Shown here one piece after another: positions 38,761-53,570 of a stretch of 64,000 bases of DNA (within the stretch, counting starts at the first letter, position 1; the number at the start of each line of letters is the position of its first letter). The notes below the pieces were generated by a model. It ran no database searches, was not told the origin of the DNA, and worked only from the letters and a program-made list of their open reading frames with translations. Source of the stretch: Octopus sinensis (Eukaryota); contig NC_042997.1 of assembly GCF_006345805.1 (NCBI RefSeq), positions 102,734,001 through 102,798,000 of the forward strand. The letters run 5' to 3'. The position numbers and the translations under genes are program-made.

Positions 38761-39184
38761 GTTTTGGTTCCTTCATGTCATTTCATTTAATAATTGCTAA
38801 TGAAATACTATTTACATTGAAATTTGTTTTCCACTGATCATGTTTGTCATTATAAACATGGTCATATTTGTCTTTATAAAAGTATCATCATTACAGTTTG
38901 GTATAAAAAAAAAACCCAAAAAACTTGAGAATGTTAATTCAAGTTCCAGAAAATACTGTGCAAATGATGATTCTGTCACCTTGGAATTCATGATAGGCAA
39001 GGAACACAAGTACAAATTCTTTGAAGTGGGCGGAGTTGACATTTTGTTGATAGAGGAATGGATAAAATAATTGAAGTAGTCAGAATATATGCTAGGATAA
39101 TTAAGCTTGTAGTAATGAAAGACAATGTAACAGCTGCTGTGATCTCTGTATATGCACCATGGATTTCTCTGAGGCCCTTTTGCA

Positions 39185-40140
39185 GACCACCTCAGTAGCA
39201 AATAAATGCAGCCTCATCACAGCTGGTGACTTAAATGGAAATGATGGATAACAACAAGATGGCTGTTCTGGTTTACATGGAAGCTGTGGATAGGATAAAA
39301 AGAATTAAAGCACTTGGAGTTTTGTAATATGAATTGCTTAATCATTTGCAACACTAACTTTAGGAAATTGGCTAGCTAATTGAACACCTATCACTTAGTT
39401 GAACATATAAGCCTGATAGACTACAGACATACCAGAAAATGGGATTAACAGTTGGTTGTAAATACTAAGTCTTTCCTTAGTAAAGAATGCATCACTCAGC
39501 ATAACGATTAGTGAAGTCAGAGTAAAAGCTCAATGAACTCTCTTACATGAAGTATGTAAAACTTAAAAATTGTTCTTTTGAATACAAATTCTGAGACGTT
39601 GTAGGTGGTGTGTATGTTAAGGAGGAGGAAATGGAGATTTATGGCATAAAAAGATTGAGAGTTTCTACTGAAAACCACAGATCTGATATATATGAGGCAA
39701 AGTAGTAACCTGATGGAAAGTGACATAGTGGTAGAATGGTACAACGGTTAGAGCCTAAAAGCTAAGAGACTGATTTGGAAAGGCTGGAGGAAAGAAATGG
39801 GAGTCAGGAATAATATCAAGTAGCTAAAAGAGAAGCTTTAGCTTAGCTGAAAGCTGGACATTTGCCTATTTTCTGTGACAATAGGATCAGAAGCATGAAG
39901 TATTCTAAATTACAAAGCGGTATATTCAGAATGGCTGAGGCTCATTTACTCACACTTGAGTAAAACCTTGAAAGTGCTATTACAAGAGATTGTTTAATGT
40001 TGAGGACACTGTGAGAGAGTGGGACTACTCCAAAAGACCATCTTTGATATCTGGTCTCCAACAGATGGACCAGCTACTGAAGTTGACAACTGTGCAGTGG
40101 AAGATGGAGAAAGCCACTGGTCCATAGTCAGTGAAATACG
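39185..40140 (+). mobile_element. Degenerate RTE LINE fragment
   Basis: AGDLNG, CNTNFRK, IDY, C.TQH.L and GKATGP-like pieces are collinear with the RTE copy at 59290-61010. Confidence 0.6.
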
Positions 40141-40958
40141 GAAAACATAGGTGGATGTTTTTAAAAGCATTTGAAAAGTTTCAAGATGTTCACCTGGACT
40201 TTCATTTCTTAATTTATTAAGAAAAAAGAATTTGAGAGTCTGTACCCCATGTATTAGATTGGATTTTTATTTTGCTATTTCAGTAGTAAGTTGCCATCTA
40301 GTAATCAAGTACCAGCAATCATCTGAAAATACTTGTGTGTCTGGAACATAACTGACTTTTAGTAAGAAATATTGCCTTGAAGTTTCAATCACTATTTTTG
40401 TCTTAACACTTCAACATGTGAGTGGCTAATGTTATTGGACTGTAGCTATGCTGGGACACTTCCTTGAAGAGTTTAGTTGATCAATTTGACCCCAATACTT
40501 ATTTCAAGTGTAATACTTATTCCACAGTTTGCTTTTTACTTAACCACCAAGTTATGGGGGCTGTGAACAGGCTAATAAGCATAAATATGAAAACCTGTTT
40601 GAAGTTAACTTTAGTCAGTCTACTACGATTCAAGTGAAGGCATTTTATATCTGTATATGAATATAAAGTCTGCATTAGATCTGGGGGAATGAACAAGTGT
40701 CTCTTCTTCAAGAGTTGTTAGTAGAAAGGAAATCTGTTTGTAAAACTTGAGTTGCAATAAAATCTTTAATCAAGACTTGTCAATTGCTTAAAAAACCTCA
40801 TCCTTTGTGAGAACCAAAATATTAAAAAAAAAACTACAGTAATAAACAAAACCCTTTTAAAATGATCTGTTCCATTTTGTGTTTGTTGCAAAAAAAAAAA
40901 AAAAATCAAAGGTCAATTTATTTTTCTCTGCTTAATCAATTTATTCATTTATTTACAG

Positions 40959-41030
40959 TGGATTTTCGGAAGAACTTGATATTTTAGAGTCCATCTACAT
41001 AAATGAGTTGACTGTTAAAAGAGATGATTG
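40959..41030 (+). CDS. RNF25: RNF25 exon 2, start of RWD domain (SGFSEELDILESIYINELTVKRDD)
   Basis: Acceptor tttacag, donor GTAAGG. ELDILESIYINEL matches the RNF25 RWD N-terminus (recalled human EVEVLESIYLDEL). Confidence 0.92.
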
Positions 41031-41289
41031 GTAAGGCTTACTTGATCTTTTGTTTACATTTGTTTTATTTTTGTAAGCAATTCTTATCATTTTACATTTC
41101 TGCTTATGCTTGCTCACATGGATTGGACACATCACAACCTGAGTTAGTTCTTATTTGAAGTTTCTCCAAGATGCATCAGGGATTGAATTTCATTTGCACA
41201 TCCCAGAATGTGATATGATTTCTGTATCTGAATATCCTTTCTAATATTTTAGTCAGCTTACAGAATGTACTGAAGCATTTATCATGACA

Positions 41290-41673
41290 CTAGCAGTATC
41301 GCCCGGCATTGCTCGGGTTTGTTTCGACCCTTTAGAATTGGAATTTTTGAAAAGTAAAAGTTTTGCATTATGTAGCTTGTTATTCTCTTTAAGTGAACAT
41401 TTTTCTGGTTGAAATTCACCGAAAAATGGTTACACAGTAGTCAAAAAATCGTAAAAAATAGGGATTTTCATAGAATAAAAGCACCTTTTTGATTTAAATA
41501 ATTTTTGATCTTAACATAGTCTGATTTGAATTTTTTCTTCTATGGATGGAAGAGCAAGCCTTCTTCTATCATACTCTCAATTTTGGTCAACTTGCGCTGC
41601 AGGGTCTCGGAGGAGATAGTGTTAGTTGAAGGCTACCAAACCTGCCATACAACTTCAGCTTTATATATATAGA
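41290..41673 (-). mobile_element. Non-autonomous Helitron
   Basis: Minus strand reads TC...CTAG, inserted between host A and T. Subterminal hairpin CCCGAGCAATGCCGGG. No TSD. Confidence 0.8.
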
Positions 41674-42197
41674 TTAGCACTACAAAAATTCCCTTGTTGG
41701 CAAGATTAAGAGTTGTCTACTCTGCGTTGTCTTCATTTGTTCAAGCCAAAATGATTGTCAGGGTGAATAAATGAGTGAAATAGAGGTGAGATAGTGAGAA
41801 GAGAGAGTATAGTGAGTAAAGTAGTGAAAGGCATGGTGTAAGAGAAACAGTGATAGATGTAAGAGGGTGATAGAAGAAACAGTAATAACTACATGTTATT
41901 GGTAATAAGATTGAATAGAAGAAACAACATAAGTGGTGTGGTAGAAAAAGAGGGATGGGAGGGTAACAAAGTGATGGTAGAGGGAGAATGATGGATGTCA
42001 ACATTAAGTGATAGCAAAAAGAATACTGTGTAAGAGAGAGTAGTAAAATTGGCAGAGGTAAAGGGGAAAGATTTGCTTAGTTTAGATTTGGTTACACAAA
42101 TGGTTGGAGCCCTACTAAATTCGCACAGCCACTATAATGCAGCAGTTGAGATCATACTCATAGTTGCACTCATCAATCCTGCTGAGGAAGTCTTCTA

Positions 42198-43411
42198 CGA
42201 GAGCAAGCTGAAAAGTTCACTGGCTGACTTTGAAGGAGTGATGCTAGAGCTGTGAAATCTTGCATGCAGTAATTTCAGACCTTCTTATTAATAATTGTAT
42301 TGTTTCTTTCCAGATGAACTGACATCTTACAGTTCAAAGAAGACTTGAAAAGTAACTAGTTGTGACTTCTCTTGAATATGGACAAAATTTGGCATTGTGA
42401 TATTATCAAATACCTGCAGAAAAAGGGTTTAGCACCCAACAACATTCATGCTGACATGATTGCTACATTAGGGGATGATGCTCCTACTTTATCAAAAGTG
42501 CGATATTGTGTAGCTGAATTTAGGAGGAGAAGGTTTAGTTTTGAAAATGACCCAGGGTCTGGATGTCCTGCAACAGCCACCACTGAGGAAAACATTGATT
42601 GGATGACAAGCAGTTGACTATAAATCAAATAGCTAACGCTATTAGCATATCCTATGAGAGGGTTGAGAATATTCTGCACAATGAACTTTGCATGACAAAG
42701 GTTTCTGCTCGGTTGGTATCACATCTTCTGACATCTGATCAAAAGCACACCAGGCTGATCACATCACAGGAAAATCTGACATTGTTTTTGGTAGATCCAG
42801 CTGTTCTCTTTGAATGTTTTCTAACATAGGGTTAATGTTGGGTTCATCACTTTGAGCTAGAGACATAGAGACAATCCATGCACCTGCTCCAAAGAAAGCC
42901 AAGGTTCTTTCATTTGCAGGAATTCAAAGGCATTGTGTTTATCGACTATCTTCAAAAAAAAAAAAAGGGCCACACCATCAATGAAGAGTTCAATGCCAAC
43001 TTGCTGAGGCAGTTATGAAAGGTTATCAAAACCAAACATTCAGGAAAAGTGATGAAAGGGATTTTGTTTCATGAAGAAAATGCTCCAACAATCAAGTTCT
43101 TGGTTTCAATGGCTACTGTGCATGACTGTGGCTTTTAACCAGTTGATCACTGTTCCTGTTCTTCTTGCCCCATCTGACTATCATCTGTTCCCCACCATGA
43201 AAAAACAGTTGGCTGGGAACCAGTATCACAGTGATGATGACATCACATTTGCTGTTGATGACTTTTTTGACCTTCAGGATGAAAGCGTCTTCACCAATGG
43301 GGGATCCAAGCACTGCAATGCCCAGGAGGACTACGTTGAAAATTAAACCTCATTTGGTCACATTCCATGAGAGTAGCCTGGTCAGCTCATGGACTTTTCA
43401 GCCGATCTTCA
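42198..43411 (+). mobile_element. Mariner transposon, decayed full-length copy
   Basis: TA flanks and diverged ~31-bp TIRs. Peptides IIKYLQKKGLAP...LGDDAPT...EFRR, ILHNELCMTKVSAR and LAPSDYHLFPTMKKQLAG. Confidence 0.88.
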
Positions 43412-44775
43412 TATGATATTACTGACATCTATTGATTCCCTGTTATTAGCAGATGTAAGATGGTGGATTTGACAGAATTAATAAAGTGCTGGACAAAATG
43501 CCTTGCAATGTTTCTTTCAACTCTTCATGCTCAGTTCAAATCACACTGAGGTCAATGAGGCTTTCAATCCCATAAAATAAAGTACCAAGTTACATATTAA
43601 TTGACTAACCCTCACCCTCAAAATTGCTAGCCTTGTGCCTAGATTAGAAATTATTATTAGTAGATATAAATTTATTGGAAAGAATTGGGCAATTCTATAA
43701 TTTTTTAATGTTTTAAAAATTATTCTATAATTTTCTTATTTTCCTATGTTATTGGTATTACAATTTGGTACTTAATAATATTTTGTTGTTGATGTTTAGC
43801 CCTTGGTTGACATTCACCAACTGAAGCCTTGATCAGAAGTGACCATCACATCATATTTCAGATACATTTCATCTTGGACTACATTATCCACTGTGTCCAT
43901 TTTTAAGGCTCCCTTGATAGCCTGACTAGATATTTTTAATAGTTGAAAATAAAAAGTGTTGCTGAAAACTATAGGGTCATTAAGATATTCTGTAAGCAGG
44001 GCTGTGGACACAAACTAAACATGGTATCCACGCTATCTGATGTGCTTGCTATCCCAGTGGGGCTTTTGTTAAATTTGTTGGATGTGGCCAGCATTTTTGA
44101 GAGCCAGCTGAAAATAGCAGCTGATAACATCTGTGCTATCTGATGCGTTTGCTCTCCAAGTGGGGCTTATGTCAAATTTGTCACATGTGGTCAGTGTTTG
44201 TAAGGTATGTGGTGAACACATTGGTTGGGTATTGGCTGACCTCCACCTCAAGTGAATTCCACTGCAAGTACAAGTACAGAGTTGTGTGGTCCAAAAGTTT
44301 GCTTCTGAACCATGTGGTTACAGGTTCAGTCTCACTGCATGGGAACTGTTGGCTAGTGTCTTCTATAAACACAGGTTAACCTATACCATGTGAGTGAAGT
44401 TAGTCACTAGAATCTGGAAGAAGCCTATTTTGTGTGTGTATTTATGTATATGTGTGTGATGTATGCATTCATGTGTGACTGCATTCTACCTCATAAACTG
44501 TAAACAAAACCTTCAATGTTCATACAATTGGTGTCATTTGTTCATATTTCTATGCAAAAGTGTGTCTGAGCTGTTTGTTGTTTGATAGACTTGGAAGCAA
44601 GTGAGGGCTGCTATAAAGATGGGCATCTGGGCAATGAAAATTCTGCTTCAATGAAGACCCTTGCAGGTGTGATAAAGTAGATGTTAAAACAACAATGAAG
44701 ATGATACCTGAACTTTTCATCCACTTCATAGGAAAACTTAGATTAATCTAATAATTATAATTTTTGTGCTTGCAG

Positions 44776-44878
44776 TGGTTCAGTACAACAGATAACCTGC
44801 CAGTTGTATCCGTCTACTGGAGATGATGTACAAAAACAATTTGTCTGCTTAACATTGCAGCTTTCTTTACCTGAAAAT
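44776..44878 (+). CDS. RNF25: RNF25 exon 3, RWD (CGSVQQITCQLYPSTGDDVQKQFVCLTLQLSLPEN)
   Basis: Acceptor ttgcag, donor GTAAGT, phase 2 to 0. Matches human LHPATAEDQDSQYVCFTLVLQVPAE. Confidence 0.92.
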
Positions 44879-47149
44879 GTAAGTAGTAAAGAAGGATTTT
44901 TACCATTTGTTTAATTTTACTACTGTTTATTGTTAATTTGATATTAATTTGTAAGTGCAGGCATGGATGTGCGGTAAGAAGCTTGCTTCCCAACCACATG
45001 GTTCCAGGTTCAGTCCCACTGTGTGGCACCTTGGACAATTGTCTTTTGCTATAACCTTGGGCCAACCAAAGCCTTGTGAGTGGATTTGGTAGATGGAAAC
45101 TGAAAGAAGCCCATCGTATATATGTATGTTTTTCTTTGTGTCTGTGTTTGTCTCCTTCACGGCTTGACAACCATTGTTGGTGTGTTTATGTACCCCGTAA
45201 CTTAGCAGTTCGGCAAAAGAGATCAATAACAGATCAGTAGAATAAGTACCCCTAGACTAAAACTCTTTCAAGGCAGTGGTGCCCCAGCATGGCCATAGTC
45301 TAATGACTGAAACAAATGAAAGGATGGAAGGAAAAAAAGAATGGAACTTAAATGTTTGTTTTGGATAATTTATGCTGAAGCAAATTATAAGTGAGTCTTG
45401 CTGTATCTTCTTTGACAGCTTTAACTTATTAAAGGGAGATTGTTAATAATTTTGTTGTTGTTGTGTGTGTGTGTGCATATAGAAAGAGTGTGAGGTTTAG
45501 ATATGCTTGTGTGGCTAAGAAGCTTGCTTCCCAACCATGTGGTCTTGGGTTTAGTCCTACTGCATGACACCTTTAGCAGGTGTCTTCTGTTGTAGTCTCA
45601 GGCTGACCAAAGAACCTTGTGAGTGGATTTGGTTGACAGAATTTCAAAGAAGCCCTCCTTTGTTTCAGCATCACCATCATCACTTAATGCCTGCTTTTTC
45701 CATGCTGTTGACAACTCTCTCTATTTTGGCATGGTTTCCACAGCTGGATGTTCTTCCTAATGCCAACCACTTTACAAACTGTACTTGGTGTTTTTTTTTA
45801 CATGGCACCAGCGGCACTGAGTTCACAAAATAACTTATGGGGACAAAACTCCTCAACTGAGGGGTGGGGAGTGATATTGAGGAAGGGAGCTTTTTGCCAG
45901 AAGAGAGGTTAGGGTATGAGTAGAGGTACAGAAACAGGCGTCTTGAAGTAAAGGAGATGCATGATGCATGGCTAATCCAATAAGGGAGAGAGAGAGAGCT
46001 GAAGGAGCAAGTGGGACTAAGGATTGGATAGGGTGAGTGGGTGGCTAAGATTGCGAAAGAAGTGTGGGAATCAGAAGAGAGGGAATGTAGTGAGCAGACA
46101 AAAATAGGGGAAGGGGTTGTTAGAAGGATAGGTTGTGGCGAAGAGAGTCAACAGCGGGGATTGGGAGATGGAGAGAAGTATAGTGAATGGTGAACATGGT
46201 GTGAGAAGGGTAGCTGATGGGACGTGGGGGAGAGGTTTGTCAGCAACAGATTGTATGCTGGGGTGGGGGCATCGACATAAAGGAAATGTCTTTATGGTCT
46301 TCATTTTACTTAGCTGGATAGGTCATCTCAAGTGAAGTAAACTGCCAATTGTCGCAGTCCTATGTTATCTCTGTGAGGCTCAGCTTTCTTACATCATTTT
46401 TCACCACTTCATCTTGCGTTCTTCTTGGTCTTTCTCTTCCACAGGTTCCTTCTACATTTTGAGACTGACACTTTTTTTTATGCTGCTGTCTCTAATCATA
46501 CACATTACCTGATCACACCAGTTCAGTCTTCTCTCTTACACACTACATCTGATGCCTCTTATACCCAATTTTTCTTGCAACATATTTGTATTTTGTTGTA
46601 CATGCACACTGACATTGCATATCCTGCATAACATCCTGGTTTTGTTTCTTTCAAACAAGTCTTTGCATACCTCTGCAGCCACTCGCACATACATGCATGC
46701 AAATGTGCATATGCGTGTACCCTTGTCTAGACATTGTAATAGTTGTGTCATTATGATACAAGCAAAGCTGTTCATTTCTGGTTGTCTGTGAAAAACATGT
46801 TTAGCTATGAGAAGATAGTACCTTGCTTGGAAACTGGTGAGGATTGGTGATAGGAAGGGCATCCAGCCCATAGAAAATCTGCCTCAACAAAATTCTATCT
46901 GACCCATGCAAGGATGAAAAAGTGGACATTTGAATGATGATATTAATGCTATATGTACATGACATGAGTGAATGGTTTAGAAGTTTCTTTTGTAATTCTG
47001 AGGGTTTTATCCTACTACATATTATATTGAGCTTGAGTTTTTTTCTTTATCATACATAGCCATGTGAGTGAAACTGAGTGGCTGCATGACTATTAGGTAG
47101 GCATGCACAGGACCTACTTATATTCAGTTCTCACTATCCTTATCATTCT

Positions 47150-47800
47150 GGTGCATTCTAGAAATTTAGACTTTTTCAGGAGAAACATAAATTTCAAAGA
47201 AGTACAAAACTATTCTCCTTCAAAGTAGGCTCCTTGGACCTCAATGCACTTATTGTAGTGATCCAATCACTCTATGAAGGCCCCATGAAAGTCCTCCAAA
47301 ATGAAGGTGTCCACAACTCTTGTTGCAACTGCCTTCATCTTCTTCTTCAGCTTGTGGAACAGCCAAAACCTGCAGGAAGCAAGGTCTGGACTGTTGGGAG
47401 GGTGAGGGATTGTTTTGATGCCCGTCCCTGCCAAGTAGTTGGTTACCAGGATTGAATTGTGGACTGTTGCATTGTGGAAATGCTTTAACTGTTTGTGATG
47501 AAATCCCTTCCTGAATCCCCTCAAAATCTTCCTCAAAGTACTCTTTGTTAACAGTTTGGCCAGAGGGCACCAAGTGGATGTAGATGATGCTCTTGCTGTA
47601 GAAAAAGGGGATCATCATATGCTTCCTGGTGGACTTAGTTTGCCTAGTTTTCTGTGCCAGTGTAAAACAGATGCTTGGTTCATGCATCTTAATCCATAAG
47701 CATCCTGGAGCATTTCATAAGCTTCTGTAGTGCTTTTGCTCAGATTAACACAAAACCTTATTGCACAGTGAGCTTCCAGATTTTCCCAGCTACATTCTGT
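47150..47800 (-). mobile_element. Mariner transposase remnant
   Basis: HLVPSGQTVNKEY, HNATVH and IPHPPNSPDLASCRFWLFHKLK. Confidence 0.8.
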
Positions 47801-48576
47801 AAATTAGTCAGCTGTAACAAGTAGTGTTTACTAAGGTGTGTTTAAAGTGCTGTTGCAGCTGTCTCTTTCAATCTGTAATAGCAAAATTTGATAGGTCAGC
47901 TTATTGTTTTTCGTTTGTGCCATTTTATTCATAATATTCTTAAAAATGTACATCCCTTGATTTATGCCATTTTGATTTAACTCAGTGATTTTCAGAACAA
48001 ATCTACTGTGTAAACCGAGTGACAAATTTTGTGTGTGAATCTATCCATCCAGCCTCCCCTTTCTCATATATGATGAACTTGTTGGTCTTGGCCTATGAGC
48101 ATCTAACAATTCAAAAGAAACATTGCTATGCTTTGTGTCTTTTGTGAGGTGTTAATATGACAGAACTATATTGAACTTTTTAATTATTCACACAAATGAT
48201 TTATTTATAGTGATGAGAGCTTGTGTAGAACCTGCTGCATATGAAACTGAGTGCAGAAAAATGGTGCAGTGTGGCATAACTTGTTGAGAAGCATTCCTCA
48301 TTTTTTTTTTAGCAGTAACCTCCTAGAAACACAGTTTCATGAAAGTTAAAGGTCATCTCACATCCAGTGGTCCTCATGTTATTCCTAGATGACCATTAAT
48401 CCTACAGCGTGTTCATCTGTCCTTGTGACTTGGTTTTCGTTGTGCTCCATTTCTAGCAACCCTTGTTCTGACCATGCAACATATTGTACAAGTTTGTAAT
48501 GTTAGCTGTAGTGCTAGGTTGGTGAGAGAAATTGACTTCAGCTTTTCTTAAATTTGTATTTGTCATTGTATTTCAG

Positions 48577-48644
48577 TATCCTAATGATGTGCCTGCTATT
48601 ACCATAAAAAACCCAAGAGGCCTTGGCGAAGATGAACTTGCAAA
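48577..48644 (+). CDS. RNF25: RNF25 exon 4, RWD YPxxxP motif (YPNDVPAITIKNPRGLGEDELA)
   Basis: Acceptor tttcag, donor GTTAGT. Matches YPHEVPQISIRNPRGL. Confidence 0.93.
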
Positions 48645-49030
48645 GTTAGTTTCTTGTCTTTTATATTTTCAATACGTGTGATGGTAGCAAGATAATGTAA
48701 TTTCAATTCAAATGTTTTTTTCAATTTCACATTTATAAAGCTGATATTTTCAATGAACTAAGTAGTAGGATTTCAAATTGAAATGTTTTTTGAAGAAACA
48801 TATCTTTTCAAATAGTTTCAGTTTCTTTACTTTATGAATTTCAATGGAAGTTAATTTTAGTATTTAAAAAATTTTATTTCAGTGTTTTATACTTGGAAAA
48901 TAGTTTCAATTTTAGCCTTTTTCTAATTTAAAACATTATAATTTAATTTAAAACATTATAAAACATTATATTTGTTTTATGGATTCAGTATTTCAGAAAT
49001 TTCTTGAAAATGATATATTTTGGATATTAA

Positions 49031-49323
49031 TAGTTATCACCAAGCTAACATGGCAGTCCAGGAAAATTGGACGAATGCTGCTGTTGATTAGCCCCAAGAG
49101 GCCATTGCCTCTAGCTAACTATGTGACACATGAACCCGTGTCCATTATAACCTTCAAACAGAGGAGGTCAGCCGCTTGAGACCAGCAAGGGAAGCGGCTG
49201 ATCTCCCATTTCGAAGGTTATAATGGACACAGCTTCATGTGTCACATAGCTAGGTAGAGGAGATGGCCTCTTGGAGCATTCGTCCTATTTTTCTGGACTG
49301 CCATGTTAGGTTGGCGATAACTA
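49031..49323. repeat. Foldback inverted repeat (arms about 145 and 132 bp, 14-nt loop) in RNF25 intron 4
   Basis: 49031-49177 pairs with 49192-49323. Derived from the repeat at 5141 and 24431. Confidence 0.9.
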
Positions 49324-51269
49324 ATAATATCCAGTACCGCTGCCGTAGTCTCCTTTAGAGAGACTTAGAAATATTAATATTTCTATTATTGATATATTTT
49401 GGGCGAGTAAGAAATTAAATCCTCATTTTTATCCCATTTTGAAATATATGACAGTTGTCTCCCTTAGACAGAAATTCTTTTTGTGTTGAATTCAACATTT
49501 TCACAGTGATATATCTATTGAAATACTCTTCTTTTGTTTCAATCAATTTTGAAAGTACTGAAGGATTTAGAAGTTGCCTTTGTTATTATTAATCTGGTTT
49601 TTGGAACATAAATTAACATGAAATTCTGTTGAAAGTTTTTTTTTAAAATTTAAATTACTTTAAAACTAGAAATTTGTATCATAGGACCAGGGATAGTCTC
49701 ATGAGAGTTGATATCATCAAAAGGATTAAATGTTATAAATAGCCACCAAATGTCTCTTTAATAAGGAGAATAAACATTGGTGTGGTTTTAGATATCTCTA
49801 AAAAGGCTAGGTGATCATGATTGAAACATCTTTGATCATAACATTGCACAACCTGTGTTGGCTAGAGACTAAATGACAACTATATTTAGAAGTTACATTG
49901 ATAAAATTACAGAAGTCATGTGGAAGCAAACTTCCAATGAGCCTAATTCTTCATCTCACTTTGGTTCTCAATTATAACTTATTTATATTCCTTATATTGA
50001 TAATTCTGATTAAAAATTGTGTAAGAAATTGTTTTGAAAGCACTTTGAGAAACTGCAACAAAAATAATGCTTTAAATTGTACTAAGGTGTAAATATGTTT
50101 TACTTAAATGGAATAAAACAACTTTTATTAACCAAACTTTGACTTGTCTATCATGCTATTGCTGATAGCTCTGCAAGACAATGACTTTGAAACATCTACC
50201 TTGATGGTTACTTGAACTCATATATATCATGTAACTGGCACTGACTCCAACTGATAACTCATACAATGACTACTAAGACTGGCTGGCTGACTTTATAGTG
50301 GCTGATTCATACTATGTTGTCATGTTGGAAGGAGTGTACCATTTTCACTACAACAGTATTTTGTTTCAATCCACTACATTTCTAATTCTAATCCTGTTAC
50401 CTTTACTTTCATCCTTCAAGTGTAGGCAAACCTCTTATCAGTTATATGTTTGGTTGATTCAATCAAATGTGCCTCTGTGTAATTTTATGGGCTTATGTCC
50501 GTGTGACTAACAATTATTAACCAGTCATTACATTGGTCAATTTTGTTGGTCTGATGTCAACCCTGTAGACACAAGCATGGCTGTGTAGTATGAAGTTTGC
50601 TTTGCAAACATATGGTTCCAGGTTCAGTCCCACTGCATGGTACCTTGGGCAAGTGTCTTCTACTATAGCCCTGGGCCAAATAAAGCCTTATGAGTGGATT
50701 TAAAAGATGTTAACATATGTTAGAAAGAGAGAGTTGGTGTCTTCATGCCTTCACATTGTGTGATAGTTATAAACAGGTGTTACTGTCATACAGCAGTGTT
50801 CTTTGTTTCCAGTCTTCTATGAAAACCTGTTTGGCTTTGGGGAAATATTACCCTACTTGGAAACAGGTAAAAGTTGGAAATAGGAACAGTACAAACCATA
50901 GAAAATCTGCCTCAACAAATTCTAATGCATAGAAAAGTGAATATTACAATGGTTATCATCATCATCATCGTTTAACGTCTGCTTTCCATGCTAGCATGGG
51001 TTGGACGGTTCAACTGGGGTCTGGCAAGCCCGAAGGCTGCACCAGGCCAGTCAGATCTGGCAGTGTTTCTACAGCTGGATGCCCTTCCTAACGCCAACCA
51101 CTCCGAGAGTGTAGTGGGTGATTTTATGTGCCACCAACACAGGTGCCAGACGAGGCTGGCAGATGGTCACGCTCGAATGGTGTTTATGATTTCCTATGTC
51201 AACCCAATCTTTAACAACTCTTTTATTGGATTTTATTTCAAAAACATATTTTCATTTATCTCATTTCAG

Positions 51270-51339
51270 ACTTGAAACATCTTTAAAAGAGTTGGCTGAT
51301 GAAAGAAAAGGTGGACCTATGTTGTATGAATTGTTTGAA
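51270..51339 (+). CDS. RNF25: RNF25 exon 5, end of RWD (KLETSLKELADERKGGPMLYELFE)
   Basis: Acceptor tttcag, donor GTGAGT. G.xMLYELxE motif present and phases are consistent. Confidence 0.92.
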
Positions 51340-53570
51340 GTGAGTACCTTTCACTTTTAACATGACAGCTCTGAGGATAAGGAATAAGTGCTGGACTCCA
51401 AAATAGATGATCATGAATTGAAACCTTAGCAACTATCACCATAAAGCATACAAAAGAATTCTATATAATAGTATATTATTGCTTTTTACTCTAATAATTT
51501 TGGAGTCAGAAAGAACATAAAGCCATGACAACAAAAGAACTGTGATATGTGGTATCTCATTCAGTTTTGGTGCTGTCACAATCATTCATTGACATCTGCA
51601 ACTGATCTTCTAAATACAATCTCCAAATGTTTTTTTGTCCAATGTATAGTCTATTTTTTATGCTTTCATGGAGTTGATGAGTATGTTATTGAGGCATTGT
51701 TTTACAGCTGGATACCCTGCCTGTCACAAAGCCTTAACTTGTCTTTCAAATAAGGAGTCTTTTATTCCATATGCTTTTGAAGATGCAAAGCAAGTGGAAA
51801 CTTTTGTAGATGCAGTGAGATATAGACAAACTCACTGACATTACACATGCATTTGCATGCACACACTGACTGCCTAACACAGACACACGTGTGTCTAATA
51901 TATATATATATATAAATAATATTTGTGTCTTCCAAATCCACACACAAAACTGTGGTTAGCTTAAAGCTATTGTCTGAAAACACTTGCCTAATTATTTTTG
52001 TACAATTATTACCAAATTTGCAATAGTTATTAACTGATACATAAACAATCTAAGAAACCACGTGTAATTCTGAATGTGTTCGTCCTGCAACTATGTCCTG
52101 TATTGGATATCTTTTATTTTAGAGATTTGGGTATGCTACAAGAGTGATGAGAGTAAAATAATAAACAGTCCTAGAAATAAATATTGGATAGCTGACGAGT
52201 TGTTGCCTTTTATGATAAAGTTATTTAGTCTCAAGTCACTCTTGAGTGAGGAAATCTTTGATTAGAAGCATTCCAGCTTTAACCATTCCATAATTTTATG
52301 GCTATTTACAACTACATTAGCTAATAGTTCTCCTTTGCTTGTTGAAGGTGGTTAGGTGCAAGCCAAACGAGATTTAGTTAAATGAAAAAAGTGGGACCCT
52401 TAGTTATTTTTAATTGATTACTTCACTATTTCCTGTTGTCCTTTTATTGCTTTTTAACCATCAGCTTCTTTTATAATCCATTCTCATCCAAAGATTATAC
52501 TTGCTTCTAGGTAAAAAAAAAAAATAAAGTAAGCACTGTAATATTTCTTAACAGAAATGGTGTATCTGCATTATTGGTAGAAATTTGGACTAAATGTAAT
52601 CATTATTTAGTTGTATACCATTACATTCTGAGTTCAAATCCTGCCATGGTTGACTTTGCCATTCATTCTTCCAGGTTTATAAAAGAAGTAGTGAAAGTAT
52701 TCAGTGTTTGTCCCCCCAATATCACTTGACAACCGATGGTGATGTGTTCACGTCCCCGTAACTTAGCAGTTTGGCAAAAAAGACTGATAGAATAAGTATT
52801 AGGCTTACAAAGAATAATCCTGGTGTCGATTTGCTCGACTAAAGGCAGTGCTCTTGCATGGCCACAGTCAAATGACTGAAACAAGTGAGTTCAATAACTT
52901 AGATAACTAAGATTGGTTTCGGTCATTATCATCCCAGATCATGACTAACTCAATAGCACCACTTGGAAAAGTCTTTTAATTAATTATTTCGGGACACTAT
53001 GGACCACTCAAGCAGAGAGTTGTTGGCTGAGACATATCCAAGTGTAGGTGGTTTATCTGGTATTTCCTGGAGGAATTTGTCTAGGTACCGTTTGAAAGTT
53101 GGGTCTTTTTCTACTTTAATTTCTTTCAGGATAACATTGAAAAGAGCTGAACTATTTGCAGTGAAGAAATTATAATCAACTATATTCTTGCTGTAAAATG
53201 TATGGCTTTGTGCCTATGTAAGAAGTCCAGTATTTCTCCACATTTCATAAACATTACTGTAAGCAAACATAGTTGGTGCCTAAAAGTGCTATGGTTGTAT
53301 TTGGTGATTGGGTTAGATGCTCATTGATAAGATACATAACTCTACCTCTCTCAGTGTATAGTTGCTAACAGGTGTAACTCCTTCCTACTCCATGGTAGAG
53401 ATAGAGATTATACTTGCTTCAAAAAATATGCAAATATTTGAATTTGTAAATATTAAACTAAAAATAAAATTTTACAGCACTTTATTTTCATCATTTTTCT
53501 TTGACATTTTTTCTGAATACCATGTGTTTGTAAATTCTATAATTTGCTCTGATCTTTTTTTCTTCCTCAG

